Origin: Octopus sinensis
Lineage: Eukaryota
NCBI RefSeq assembly: GCF_006345805.1
Contig: NW_021835000.1
Span: 1 to 44,260, forward strand
DNA: 44,260 nucleotides
Direction of reading: 5' to 3'
Shown in pieces: positions 1 to 11,075 of this stretch (positions are counted from its first letter, which is position 1; every line of letters starts with the position of its first letter). Below the pieces are notes generated by a model. It was not told the DNA's origin and ran no database searches. It saw only the letters and a program-made list of their open reading frames with translations. The position numbers were made by a program, and so were the translations under genes.

Positions 1-271
1 AGCCTATGTGTGTATTTTAACTGTGCGTATATATGTATTTAATTCCGTCGGCCCGGTTTAAACGTCACCATATGGCGGCACTTTGGTGCCTTTAATGGTT
101 CCCACTCTGTTGCTTGTCTGAATGGCTGTACGTATTATTTATGCATGTATGAGTTTTAGTGTGTGGTGTGGGCTCTGTGTTTATGTGTGTGTGTGTGTGT
201 GTGTTGTGTGTGTGTGTGTGTGTGTGATTGTGCACTGAGTATTCCGGCTAAACGTGGCAGTTTGCTTAAAG

Positions 272-758
272 CAGTGGTTCTTAACAGGGGTATATATGAC
301 CCTTAGGGGAGGGCGTCTGTATACGATTTTGTTTTTATGTGCAGTAAGTTGGATATTCTTCTGCAGTACCCAAAATATTTTAACATTTTTCTATACAATA
401 CCTAATTATATTTAATTATCAAAATAAAATGGTGAGCTGGTAGAATAACTAGCACGCCTGACAAAATTCTTAGCAGCATTTCGTCCGTCGCTACGTTCTG
501 AGTTCAAATTCTGCCGAGGTCGACTTTGCTTTTCATACCTATTGGGATCGACAAAATATGTACCAGTTGAACACTAGAGTCGATGAAATCAACTTACCTC
601 CACTCCCAAAATTGCCGGCCTTGTGCCAAAATTTAAAACTAATATTTAATTATTAAAACATAATGGGATTTTTTTTAACATGGAAAGGGTATGGAGGTTC
701 AGTAGAGTGAAATAGGACGCAAAGGTTTCCACAGCCAAAAAATGGTTGAGAATCACAG
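272..758. mobile_element. hAT-like (Charlie-type) MITE interrupted by a SINE C copy
   Basis: Left end CAGTGGTTCTTAAC (272-285) and right end GTTGAGAATCACAG (745-758) form an imperfect TIR of the CAGTGGTTCTCAAC type. The 8-bp TSD is not convincing (GCTTAAAG vs GCATCATA). Confidence 0.55.
431..646 (+). mobile_element. SINE family C, near full length
   Basis: Head GGTGAGCTGGTAGAA, B-box-like GAGTTCAAATTC, tail GGCCTTGTGCCAAAATTTAAAACTAATATT. Aligns by eye to the copies at 27909-29310. Flanking direct repeat ATATTTAATTATCAAAATA (408-426) vs ATATTTAATTATTAAAACA (642-660). Confidence 0.85.
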
Positions 759-852
759 GCATCATAGGAAATGAAAGCTCAATATCCCATCCAGGAGGTA
801 CATATTTTCCTTCAATCAAAAACTAACTAGTTTATAGCTAGGATATAACAGT

Positions 853-1415
853 TTACTCAAAGTAATCGTTCTCAGCTTCCACCACGACTACAAGACGGCT
901 CCAGAACCCGGGACTTACTTTTCTCACTGTGTCCCTGTGAACATCTTCGGAAACCTTCTTGGTTTTAGCCACCAGCTCGGTCTTGGTGACTTTCTCAACC
1001 GCGCCCCACACATAGTATTCCATCGGATTACAATCGAGGAAATTGGGAGGCCAGAAATTGAGGGAGGAGAACTCGTAATTTTCCGGCAACCACTTCTGAC
1101 TCTTTCCGGAGGTATGTTAATATGCCGAATCCTATTGACACACATAACCTTCTAGCAACAATCCTCTTCAGCCGGCATTTGTCCACAATCCAGCAGCTTC
1201 ACATGGCAGTCTGAATTGAACCTTTGTCCGATTCAAAGATGCGGTGCGACATGGCGTCACCTTCACTGGAGACACACAACCAATCACCATCACAGTTTGG
1301 GGAAACTTGGTTTTCATGATGTCCATGTCACAACTTACATCCTTTACACTGTTCACAGAGCATTGAGTAGCAATCATTATGTCGGCATTTTGATATCCGG
1401 TGCCGACCATCATGT
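853..1415 (-). pseudogene. Tc1/mariner (maT/DD37D-like) transposase remnant with internal deletion
   Basis: Minus-strand pieces read TKFPQTVMVIGCVS, Q*DSAY*HTSGKSQKWL, FWPPNFLDCNPMEYYVWGAVE and SRLVVVVEAENDYFE*. There are 36 codons between the DSA aspartate and the third acidic position. Stops and frameshifts present; TIRs not found. Confidence 0.85.
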
Positions 1416-1580
1416 TACAGACAACTTTTCTCCGATACTAAGATCGCTTCTAGTCCTTCATACAGCTAACTTTTTCTCAACTGCAACTTCAATCTTTGTA
1501 CTTTCCAACGCCGTTGAGCGTTTGCCAATACAGCAAGCTCTTCATGAAAAACAAGGCGGCATAAAAAATCCATCAAATTA

Positions 1581-1591
1581 TACATACATAC

Positions 1592-1622
<31 letters not shown>

Positions 1623-2090
1623 CATACATACATGCATACATACATACATACATACATACATACATACAAGCATACACACATGCATACATACATAATAGAA
1701 GTTTATCATTTAAATATATGAGCATGACTAGATATGCAACTATATGCATGAGAATACATACATAAAACACAAATCTGTACATACATACATACATACATAT
1801 ATACATACATGCATACATACATACATACATACATACATACATACATACATACATACAATACATACATACATACCCTGTTGGTGATGTTGAAATTCCAATG
1901 AAGGAGCCTTGGATCTACTGGCAAGAAATCTTGAAATAAACTGAATAATGATATACATACATACATACATACATGCATGCATGCATACATACATACATAC
2001 ATACACACATACATACATACATACATACATACATACATACATACATACATACATACATACATACATACATGCATGCATGCATATATACAT
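1581..2090. repeat. (TACA)n arrays interleaved with LINE 3' UTR segments
   Basis: TACA runs at about 1581-1693, 1779-1872 and 1954-2090. Confidence 0.95.
1698..1953 (+). mobile_element. 5'-truncated 3' UTR of an R4/Dong-type LINE (TACA lineage 2)
   Basis: Segment X (TTTATCA..ATATATGAGC..GCAACTATATGCATGAGAATACATACATAAAAC), then TACA, then segment Y (GATGTTGAAATT..GGAGCCTTGGATCTA..GAAATCTTGAAATAAACTGAATAAT). This matches 38620-38898, where the same UTR follows an RLE-LINE C-terminus. Confidence 0.8.
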
Positions 2091-2218
2091 AAATCACCAG
2101 ACTTAAGAAAATATAGCAGTCGGAACTCTCCTCTTACAACAAAATTTTTGTTGTTTTTGTAAAATCTCAGAAAATAATTAAAAATTCACATTTTTTATCA
2201 AATTATTTTGTTATATCT

Positions 2219-3216
2219 CACAATGCATTTGCAGTATCAGTACTGATCCCAACATTTCAGATACTTGGTTGGTCTGTAGAGGAAATCCACTCCATAGATA
2301 TCAAAACCCGCAAAATCCAGGCAACAACCGGGAACTTACACGAAAACAGTGATGTTAATAGGCTCTGCATAAGAAGAAATGAAGGTGGTAGAAGCCTGAG
2401 ATCAGTGCAGACGACATTCCAATTTCGTATGGTATCACTCAGGCTGCACCTACTAAACAACAACAACAACAAAAATAAATATATTAATACAGTCCTGAAA
2501 AGTGAAGTGAGCAACATTGTATGAATTGGCAGTTAACTCCTCAAGAAACACTCTCTTCCTGATGTTCTCCTATACAGCCCCCATAAACAGCTGGGCTCTC
2601 TCACATTAGAAAAGACCTGGATGGAAATCACTCATCGTACAGAAAACAGCCCATGCATGGGTATGTTGCCCGGAAGCTTGAAGAAGACAATAGAGTTGAC
2701 ACGAAGCACAGCCAACTCCAGGAATACTTGTAGAATATTCCCATCAAAACTTCTGTCAAATGTAAGCATAACAGGCCGGATATTGTTGTTTGGGACTTGG
2801 AGCAAAGGTATGTACCATCATAGAGGTTAGCTGCCCTGCAGATATAATTATCTCTTTAAAAATCAAAGGAAAAGAGGATATTTATGGACAACTGCTTCGA
2901 AACCTCCAGCTTCTATATCCACACTATGAATTCACATTCATACCAATAATAATTGGAGCACTAGGTTTTGTTAGTAAATGCTTAAAGGAGGACCTGGTTA
3001 AACTGGGATTTTCAGAATGAGAAACTAACCCACTGATTCGTACATTACAAGTCCAATCTGTAAGTAGAACAATAAAAATATGCAATACTTTTCTCAAGTT
3101 CCACATGTGAATTTGTCTGTGTTAACTACATCCCAAAGATGGAACCTTATATCTTTGTTGGAAACCAGTTCCCTCTTCAGTGGAAGATTTATAATAATTA
3201 AAAAATAGAAGAGATA
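2219..3216 (+). mobile_element. R4/Dong-type RLE LINE 3' fragment (TACA lineage 1), pseudogenised
   Basis: Translates HNAFAVSVLIPTFQILGWSVEEIHSIDIKTRK..HENSDVNRLCIRRNEGGRSL, PMHGYV, NRPDIVVWD, IIEVSCP, FIPIIIGALG and QSVSRTIKICNTFLKF. These are post-RT and PD-(D/E)xK endonuclease motifs. The 3' UTR runs directly into (TACA)n. Confidence 0.9.
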
Positions 3217-3371
3217 TACATACATACATACATACAGACATGCATGCATGCATACATACATACATACATACATACATACGTACGTACATACATACATACA
3301 TACATACATACATACATACATACATACATACATACATACATACATACATACATACATACATACATACATAC
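3217..3371. repeat. (TACA)n microsatellite
   Basis: Nearly pure TACA run. Confidence 0.97.
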
Positions 3372-4048
3372 AGATTGTGTTCATGTGTAGATAATACCCT
3401 CTGCTATATTTTACATTTTCATATTTTCATTAATGGTTTTAATTTTAATTACCTAATTTACCGTGTCTTTTCTAGTTTATGTGGATTCCATTTTCTATAA
3501 TAACCTGCTGATACAGGTACACACACATTCAAGTATTCCAGTATTCACAGGTATGAAATCTTAAGTTATAGTCCGTATGTAGTATTATCAGATTTCACAT
3601 TAATTCTGCTGAAATGTTTATTTTTTTCTTTTCTGTTAAATATTATGTTAACGTGACAAGTAATTTTTGTTACTGTGCATTTCATCTTTTCTCTGTTGTA
3701 AATCATTATGTCTGGTCTGTAGTGCCTAAATTTGGCAGAAATTTTGACAGGAAAATGGCATCTGTATTAATTTATATCATGAGTGAGTATGCCTCCTAGG
3801 TCACTGTAACCTCTGATATTTCGATCTTCAGGTCTATTCCTTCTATGACAGCATTTTAATATATTTGTATGTATGTATGTATGTATGCATGTATATGTAT
3901 GTATGTGTGCATGTACGTGTATACGAATGTAAAGGTATGGACGTATATGTGTATGTATGCATGTGTACACGTTTGTCCGTACACATATGTACATATACAT
4001 TTTTATGTACACATTCATCTGCAGCGTGTACAGACTTAGGTACCATTG

Positions 4049-4240
4049 CATATGTCTTCTTTTTAATTTTTAACATTCTTTTTGGAGTAATGGAGCTGGT
4101 TTCTAACAAAGAAAAAGTCCATCTTTGAAAATTAGATGACAATAACTATAATTGCTGCATATCGAATTTTAAAAAAGTCTTGCATATTTTTATTGTTCCA
4201 CTTACAGATTGTATCTATAAAGTTCGTGTTAGCTGGTCTC
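4049..4240 (-). mobile_element. 3' end of R4/Dong-type LINE, same lineage as 2219-3216
   Basis: Reverse complement reads CAATCTGTAAGTGGAACAATAAAAATATGCAAGACTTTT (QSVSGTIKICKTF) and CAAAGATGGA..TGTTAGAAACCAG, matching about 3056-3170. A degenerate (ATGT)n tract lies on its 3' side at about 3865-4010. Confidence 0.8.
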
Positions 4241-4247
4241 TTTTATT

Positions 4248-4283
<36 letters not shown>

Positions 4284-4596
4284 TTTTGCTTGAAAATTCC
4301 ACCTCTTCCAGTTTGTGACTTAGGTATCAACTAACATAACCGAGAGTACCCACGATTATTGATATAATGGAAATTTATAACCTGAATAGAATATGTGCAG
4401 TTTTCGAAACTGTTGTCTATATATATATATATATATCCACCTCATTGATTTTAGAAGTGATGTTCACATCTGCTGGACAACTAACTTCTATGACTGTACA
4501 TGACTTTTCCCTTCTGTCTTAAATAGCTATGTTAGGTTTATTATTTTTGTACTATGTAGAAGTTCTATTGAAGAAGTTCCACCAATATTCCTTGTG

Positions 4597-4651
<55 letters not shown>

Positions 4652-4979
4652 AGAAATTAAAAAAGGAAAATACGCACACTTGCATAGTTTTAATATAATT
4701 TTTAATATATCGACTGGTTTCGCTATCGCTATTCATGATGTTATGTTTTACTTATTTAAATATATATTTTTTTCTTAAGAAGAAATTTTGTCCATGTTGT
4801 GTGTGATGAAATTCACGAGTGAATGATTTCACAAGTAGATAAATAAAGGGAGGTAATTGGTTGTCGTTATTATTGTTATTGTTGTGGGTAAGGGAGATAA
4901 CTGTTCAGCTTTTGGTACCCATATATTAAAAATTATATTAAAACTATGTACGTGTGTGTATTTTCCTTTTTTAATTTCT
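4652..4979. mobile_element. Putative MITE with ~60-bp terminal inverted repeats, TA-flanked
   Basis: 4651-4710 vs reverse complement of 4921-4980 has 3 mismatches in 60 bp, with a 210-bp spacer. TA lies on both sides and the left end abuts (TA)n. Confidence 0.55.
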
Positions 4980-5037
4980 TATATACATTACAACTCACCA
5001 CGTGGGGATAATCGAAATTCCTCTTTTCTGTTACTAC

Positions 5038-5084
<47 letters not shown>

Positions 5085-5270
5085 CTCTCTTACTTGCTTC
5101 ATTCATTTGGCCGCGGTCATACTGGAGCACTGCCTTAGAAGGTTTTAGTCGCAGACTTTGATTAATTCTTTGTAAGCCTAGTATTTATTTTATCAGTGTC
5201 TTACCGAACCACTAGAATACGGGAACATAAACACACCAACATCAGGAGTACAAAAACACACACACAAACA
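5085..5270 (-). mobile_element. SINE family A, diverged 3' half
   Basis: TTACTTGCTTCATTCATTTGGCCGCGGTCATACTGGAGCACTGCC..AAACACACCAACATC matches the antisense of the SINE A tail. Confidence 0.8.
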
Positions 5271-5296
5271 TATATATATATATATATATATATATA

Positions 5297-5455
5297 GGAA
5301 GAATTCACGAAAAAAATAAAAGACGAAGACAGGTGGTGTAGAAAACAAACAGATGTATTAGTATAACGCTCAGGAATTGAAAAAGTATTTTACGTTTCGA
5401 GCCTACGCTCTTCCACAGAAAGGAACACAGAAAGAAACAAGGAGAGAAAATATAT
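5297..5455 (-). mobile_element. Possible Penelope-like terminal fragment between (TA)n tracts
   Basis: Minus strand carries GGAAGAGCGTAGGCTCGAAACG (within 5394-5416), resembling a degenerate minimal hammerhead core. Class assignment is inference. Confidence 0.35.
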
Positions 5456-5462
5456 ATACATA

Positions 5463-5507
<45 letters not shown>

Positions 5508-5759
5508 TATATGTGTGTGTGTGTGTGTGTACATATATATATGTGTGTGTCTGTGTCTGTGTCTGTCTGTATTGTTCACTTAATTTTTTTTAATATATAT
5601 TTATTCATTTGATATATTTATTTTTACTGCTACTGATTAGCGGGGACTATTTGAGTGATATCATGCAGCACTTTACGACTGTCTGCACTAATTTCCTTTT
5701 TTTTTTTTTTTTTTTGCTCTTTTTCTCTTTTAGTGTCTATCGATGTTGTTGTTGCTTTT

Positions 5760-5910
5760 ACGGAAATTAACAGTCAATGTCTGGTTCTTACTGATTTTAT
5801 GTCCATGGAGCGGGTTTCCTCTATAGACCAGTCGAGTATTCTAAATGTTGGTACTAGCATAGCTACAACAAATGAATTGAGTGTAATGTGTTGTTGAACA
5901 GGGTAAACTG
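5760..5910 (-). mobile_element. R4/Dong-type LINE internal fragment, related to 2219-2320
   Basis: Minus translation NSFVVAMLVPTFRILDWSIEETRSMDIKS aligns with NAFAVSVLIPTFQILGWSVEEIHSIDIKT. Confidence 0.75.
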
Positions 5911-5919
5911 GGCTGTTCT

Positions 5920-6578
5920 AGAAAGCAGCAAACAGAAAACAAACATTAACAAGGAACATGGCCTGGATTGATTACTGAATCGCATTTGAAACGGCATGTA
6001 ACTAAAGTATCCAAAATAGTGATAAAATAAATCTGCCAAGATATGTCAGAATATGGCTTTTTTGAAACAAGCTCTATACTCTTAAAGTGAGTCTCTCAAG
6101 GATACTAATCGCCTTCTGTTTTGTTAAGTTCTAACTCCGCGAAGAAGTCAATTGAGTGAAAACCACCAACGGTTATAGAGGCTAAGAATAAACTCTAAAC
6201 CATCTCTTATATATGAATGACGTGATAAAACCAAGTTGGAAATTTTTCTAAACATTCAACAAAAAGAGAAATGAATATGCGATTGATAAATGTTTCAAAG
6301 CTTCTATTAGAAGAGACAAATAAAATAAAACTAAGAATATTAAATATGAAACAGACACCGAAATTAGCGAATTATACCAGAACTACCCATAAAAATACAT
6401 AGGAATAGATGAAGCTGATAAGAAACGAAGTGGAAAATTGCAAAACATACACCACAAAAGGCAGACGACAGGACGGCGTTAGAGACAAAAAGAAAACAGC
6501 TTTAAAGTTGTGAGACTAGAGAAATACTTAAAACCAACGAAAGAAACTGGTTAGCGTAATAAAGGAACATCAAGAAAA

Positions 6579-6653
<75 letters not shown>

Positions 6654-6780
6654 GTTTCCTGACAGAAAAAGAAAAGTAATAAAGCAACAGAAAAGTTTGA
6701 AAAAGCAACCGACAACATCCAGACGAAATGGTGTAATAAAATGAGAAAAAATTGAAAGAAAACCCAACCCATGATCAATA
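5920..6780 (+). pseudogene. Heavily decayed R4-type reverse transcriptase remnant
   Basis: Scattered motifs NMAWIDY*IAF (about 5955), NHLLYMND (about 6198), a GATAAATGT (DKC) remnant, KYIGIDEAD (about 6393) and LEKYLK. Interrupted by (CT)n/(TCTA)n at 6584-6653. Confidence 0.65.
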
Positions 6781-6802
6781 TCTTCCAGTAGTGGACAAGT
6801 TA

Positions 6803-7114
6803 GTGTAGGCGCGGTGGCTTAGTGGTTAGGGCAGCGGACTCGCGGTCGGAAGATCGAGGTTCCGATTCTCAGACCGGGCGTTGTGTGTGTTTATTGAGCG
6901 AAAACACCTAAAAGCTCTACGAGGCTCCAGCACGGGGTGGTGGTGACCCCTGTTGTACTCTTCCGCCACAACTTTCTCTCACTCTCTCTTCCTGTTTCTT
7001 GAGTAATGCTGCGATGGACTGGCGTCCCGTCCAGCTGGGGGAACACATGCGCCACAGAAACCGGGGAAACCTGGCCCATGAGCCTGGCTAGGCTTGAAAA
7101 GGGCGACGAAAGAA
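6803..7114 (+). mobile_element. SINE family B, full length with TSD
   Basis: tRNA-like head (GGTGGCTTAGTGGTTAGG, GGTTCCGATTC). TSD AGTAGTGGACAAGTTA (6787-6802) vs AGCAGTGGACAATTTA (7115-7130), 14/16 identical. Confidence 0.9.
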
Positions 7115-7712
7115 AGCAGTGGACAATTTAAACGTAAGCTACAGTGTAAATTAACAATAGCTCAAAGCTCTAGGTTAAAAACAGAAATAAAAATGTTTGA
7201 TTTTAGCTGCATAGAACCAACGCCTAGCCACGAATATATTGACAAAAAAAATTTAACATGAACTGCAAATTATTCAACAAGTACAATGTAACAACTGACC
7301 ACATAATTTTTCCGCTTGCCTCAGTCTCTAAGCACACAGACACGGTCCACTAAAACCAGATGAGAATTTGGGTCCCAGCATTATATCACTTCCTTTCCTT
7401 GACCAGAATTATCATTAAAGTTAATGGTGCTTTTTTTTTTATTATTTCTTGAAAATGTTGCAAGTTCACTACATTATGTGTGATAGTTTCCCATCGAAAA
7501 TTTTTCTGATGAAGTTATCCCTGCGAAATTTCCTTTGACATACAACAAATTTACCATAAACGACATTTGAGTTGTAACCAGCGTGTCGTAATAATAGATA
7601 GAATTACATTAATGAATGTGCAATTATCCATATTTATGACAGTAGAATGTAATCAGAATTTGGCTGCCATTTCCAGCAGTTGAGGAACCACGTAAAAGCG
7701 TCAGTAGTCAGC

Positions 7713-7948
7713 TTACTCTTTACTCTTTTACTTGTTTCAGTCATTTGGCTGTAGCCAAGCAGGAGCACCGCCTTTAGTCGAGCAAATCGATCCCAGGACT
7801 TATTCTTTGTAAGCCTATTACTTATTCAATCGGTCTTTTTTTTACCGAATCGCTAAGTTACGGAGACGTAAACACACCAGCATCGGTTGTCAAGCAATGT
7901 TGGGAGGACAAACACAAACCCACAAGCATATACACACACATGTGTGTG

Positions 7949-8017
<69 letters not shown>

Positions 8018-8206
8018 TGTATATACATATATACGACGGACGTCTTTCAGTTTCCGTCTACCAAATCCACTGCAAGTGTCTTCTACTACAGCCTCGGGCA
8101 GAGGCTGTAGTAGAAGACACTTGCCCAAGGTGCCACGCAGTAGGTCTGAACCCGGAACCATGCGGTTCGTAAGCAAGCTACTTACCATAGAGCCACTCCT
8201 ACGCCT
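7713..8206 (-). mobile_element. SINE family A, full length, with internal hairpin rearrangement
   Basis: Antisense of the 29606-30027 copy, with an internal (TA)/(ATGT) microsatellite and a 24-bp perfect inverted repeat at 8072-8124. Confidence 0.92.
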
Positions 8207-8639
8207 ATGTCAAAGAATAGAACACAACACAATTAACAATTTCATACAAAGAAGAGATATGGTGTAAATCTTCACAGTAAGCTTCCCTTCTCCATCCAAC
8301 AACTTGTTTAGTGTTATACCTTACATACAGTACTAGCTTCAATGTTGTCGTAATTCAATGTTGACAATCTCTAGGAAATGATCGGAAACCTGAAAATACA
8401 TCCTTTTAATGGCGGATGTCTCTTAGAAAAAGAGAAGATCGACAAAATTCATCTAATTTATACATTTATTTATAGCCGCTGAAAAAGCTACTTGACAACT
8501 GTATTAGAACATGTACATAATAATATATCGCTTAAAACACGATTTGTCTTTTAAAGAAAAAAACCTATAAGAAAGAGATGTTTTCTATCTCTTTATACGT
8601 ACTTATATATGTGTACATGTGTATGTAGTGTATGTATAT

Positions 8640-8754
8640 AGGTGCGTGTGTGTGTATACATACATACACACATATATATTTATATGTATGTATATATATA
8701 TATACATATATACATACACACATATATTAATATGTATGCATATAATATATATAT

Positions 8755-8815
<61 letters not shown>
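8640..8815. repeat. Compound (TA)n/(CA)n microsatellite
   Basis: Directly visible. Confidence 0.9.
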
Positions 8816-8817
<2 letters not shown>

Positions 8818-9244
8818 TCGTCTTCTCTATTTTCTTGTTTTCTCGCTGTCTTTATGTTTTCTCTTTCATCACTGCTTTTTTCTGACTTGAAAACAAGATG
8901 TCAATAGGAAAGTTCAAAATCAAATACCCAGAGATTGAGTCTCGTTTCGTTTGACAACTATGCTGTGTCTAAATTTCGAATATTGAAACAGCTGTTTTCA
9001 TTCAAAGTAGACGGAATAAATAAATTTGCGTATATATATATTGCTAGAAACCAACTTATTTCCATGATGAAATAGCAATATATTTTTGCAGTGTAGCTAA
9101 GATAAAATTACTATTACGTATACAGCAGCATGTGGAATGACAAACTTGTTTAGGTGGAGAGATAACATCAAAAGCATTCTAGCTATAACCATTTCATCTT
9201 TATATGTATATCTAATGTGCCCTTTATGTGGGAAAACATTAGAT

Positions 9245-9450
9245 CAGGGGGTCGGCGAACCGGGGTTAATTATCTCAAGTGGGGTAAAAATGAAAATTGG
9301 GTGGTGAGGTAATTAGGACTCATTATACATAAGTAAAATAAATAAACGTGTTCCTTATCTATGATTTCCTTCCTTTCGAATCATGGAGGTAACATCGGCG
9401 TAAATGAACATATTTTGGGGTAGTTGGCTTTAAATGTTCCCCGATCCCTG
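9245..9450. mobile_element. hAT-like MITE (~206 bp)
   Basis: TIRs CAGGGGGTCGGCGAAC / GTTCCCCGATCCCTG. 8-bp flanks CATTAGAT and CATAAAAT (6/8) fit a decayed hAT TSD. Confidence 0.7.
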
Positions 9451-9622
9451 CATAAAATAATGTAGTGTCGATGAAGTGTGTAGATTATGTAGGGTCAATA
9501 AAATTTGTTGCAATCACTACTGGTGAGTCGGACGCTAAAATACAACCAATACTTTCCTGAGTTGTAGTGGCTAGCAAATGCTGATACAGATATATAGATA
9601 TAGACAACTGCTGATACAGATA

Positions 9623-10669
9623 TCTTCTTCTTCTTTAGGTGCCAAGTCCAAAATGTAAGATATAGGCGATCATATCCTGCCATAATTCTCTGTTTTTTTT
9701 TTTTGTTTTCTGTAACAGAAAGCAACTAATGTTTAATGCCTCTTTCTTCCAACAAGTTCGTCAAGCTTGACATCAATATCATCCTTCTTCTTCCTCTGCC
9801 TTTTTTCCGTTCGATTTTTCCGGCCATCACTAAATTCTCCAGGCCATCTTTCCTCATCACACGACCGAAAAATCTCAGTTTCTTTGCTCTTATCTCACGA
9901 AACAGTTTCCAATTAACTTCTGCCTGGATCATTAGATATTTGCTTCTCCATGATATCCTCAATATTTTCCTTAAGAATCATATTTCATAGCCATCCAAGC
10001 ACCGTCTCATTTCTGCTATTATAGACCCAGTCTTACTTCCATACATTAACACAGGGTAGACATAATTCAATATTCGCATCTTGGTCTTGATGTTCATTGT
10101 ACGGTTTCTCAAGATGTTATCCATTTTTGAGAATGCAATTTTGCCAGCACTATTCGTCTTTTGATCTCCTTCACACTTCTTGCATCTTCTGGGATGAAAG
10201 CTCCAAGATAGTTGAAGGATGATAGCTGTTTAAGGATTTGAGTGTTCACTTTCAATGTGCACTTTGGGCTTTCCTTCTTTGTCGCCACTATACACTTTGA
10301 CTTCTTACGATTTATGAACAGACTCTTCCTCTCACTTTCTCTTTCTACTACATCCAGAAGTCTCCTTTTCCGATTCTGCAATTGATACTGTGTCAACTGC
10401 ATATCTTGTTTTTTGGGGATGTTTTCTACCCTAAACCTTTTTTCCTTCTCCAGTTCTTTTATGATCAATTCGCCATAGAAATAGAAAAGATCTGGTGACA
10501 TAATACTCCTCTCAACCCACTTCTAATCTGATGCTATGTATTCACTACATTAACAATCCACCTTTATGCATGTTGATTGACTCCAATACAGATTCTGCAA
10601 GATTCGGAGGGTTTCCCATACAGATCAAGGTTACTGAGGTTTTCAAATAGCATGTCATGGATTACTTTG
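9623..10669 (-). mobile_element. RTE-clade LINE, 5'-truncated, pseudogenised RT and C-terminus
   Basis: FDKVIHDML, MSPDLF, RYAVDT (degenerate YADD), FNYLGAFI..EIKRRIVLAK, MRISW, LRFFGRVMRKDGLENLVMAGKIERKKGRGRRR and WQDMIAYIL. Ends in an (AAG)n tail. Confidence 0.9.
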
Positions 10670-10709
10670 TCGAAGGAAACTGAAAGAAATCTGTCGTATA
10701 CACATACAA

Positions 10710-10769
<60 letters not shown>

Positions 10770-10779
10770 CACACACACA

Positions 10780-10833
<54 letters not shown>

Positions 10834-11075
10834 GCATATATGTAGGTGCATGTGTGCATCAGTGTCTGTGTTTGACCCCCCTATCATCGCTTGAGAACCG
10901 ATGTTGGTGTGTTTATGTACCCGTAACTTAGCGATTCAGCAAAAAAAAAAAGACTGATAGAGTAAGTACTAGGCTTACAAAGAATAAATCCTGGGGTCGA
11001 TTTCTTCGACTAAAACCCTTTAAGGCGGTGCTCCAGCATGGCCCTCAAATGACTGAAACAAGCAAAAGAAGTACA
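10670..11075 (+). mobile_element. SINE family A, 5'-truncated, with (CA)n/(TA)n expansion
   Basis: GGAAACTGAAAGAA..GTCGTATA core, then the tail GGCGGTGCTCCAGCATGGCC..AAATGACTGAAACAAG. Confidence 0.88.

Noticed and set aside
2257-5897. Similar ORFs 2257-2517 (-) and 5655-5897 (+), suggesting paralogous genes
   Set aside because: Both are antisense shadows of the same R4 LINE region.
5760-6780. Twin-priming inversion in the R4 relics
   Set aside because: The inverted piece maps downstream of the start of the plus-strand piece and seems to belong to another lineage, so the geometry does not fit.
10660-10690. Head-to-head RTE/SINE A junction as a chimeric retrotranscript
   Set aside because: Opposite strands, both 5'-truncated and no TSD. 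A deletion or independent insertion explains it equally well.
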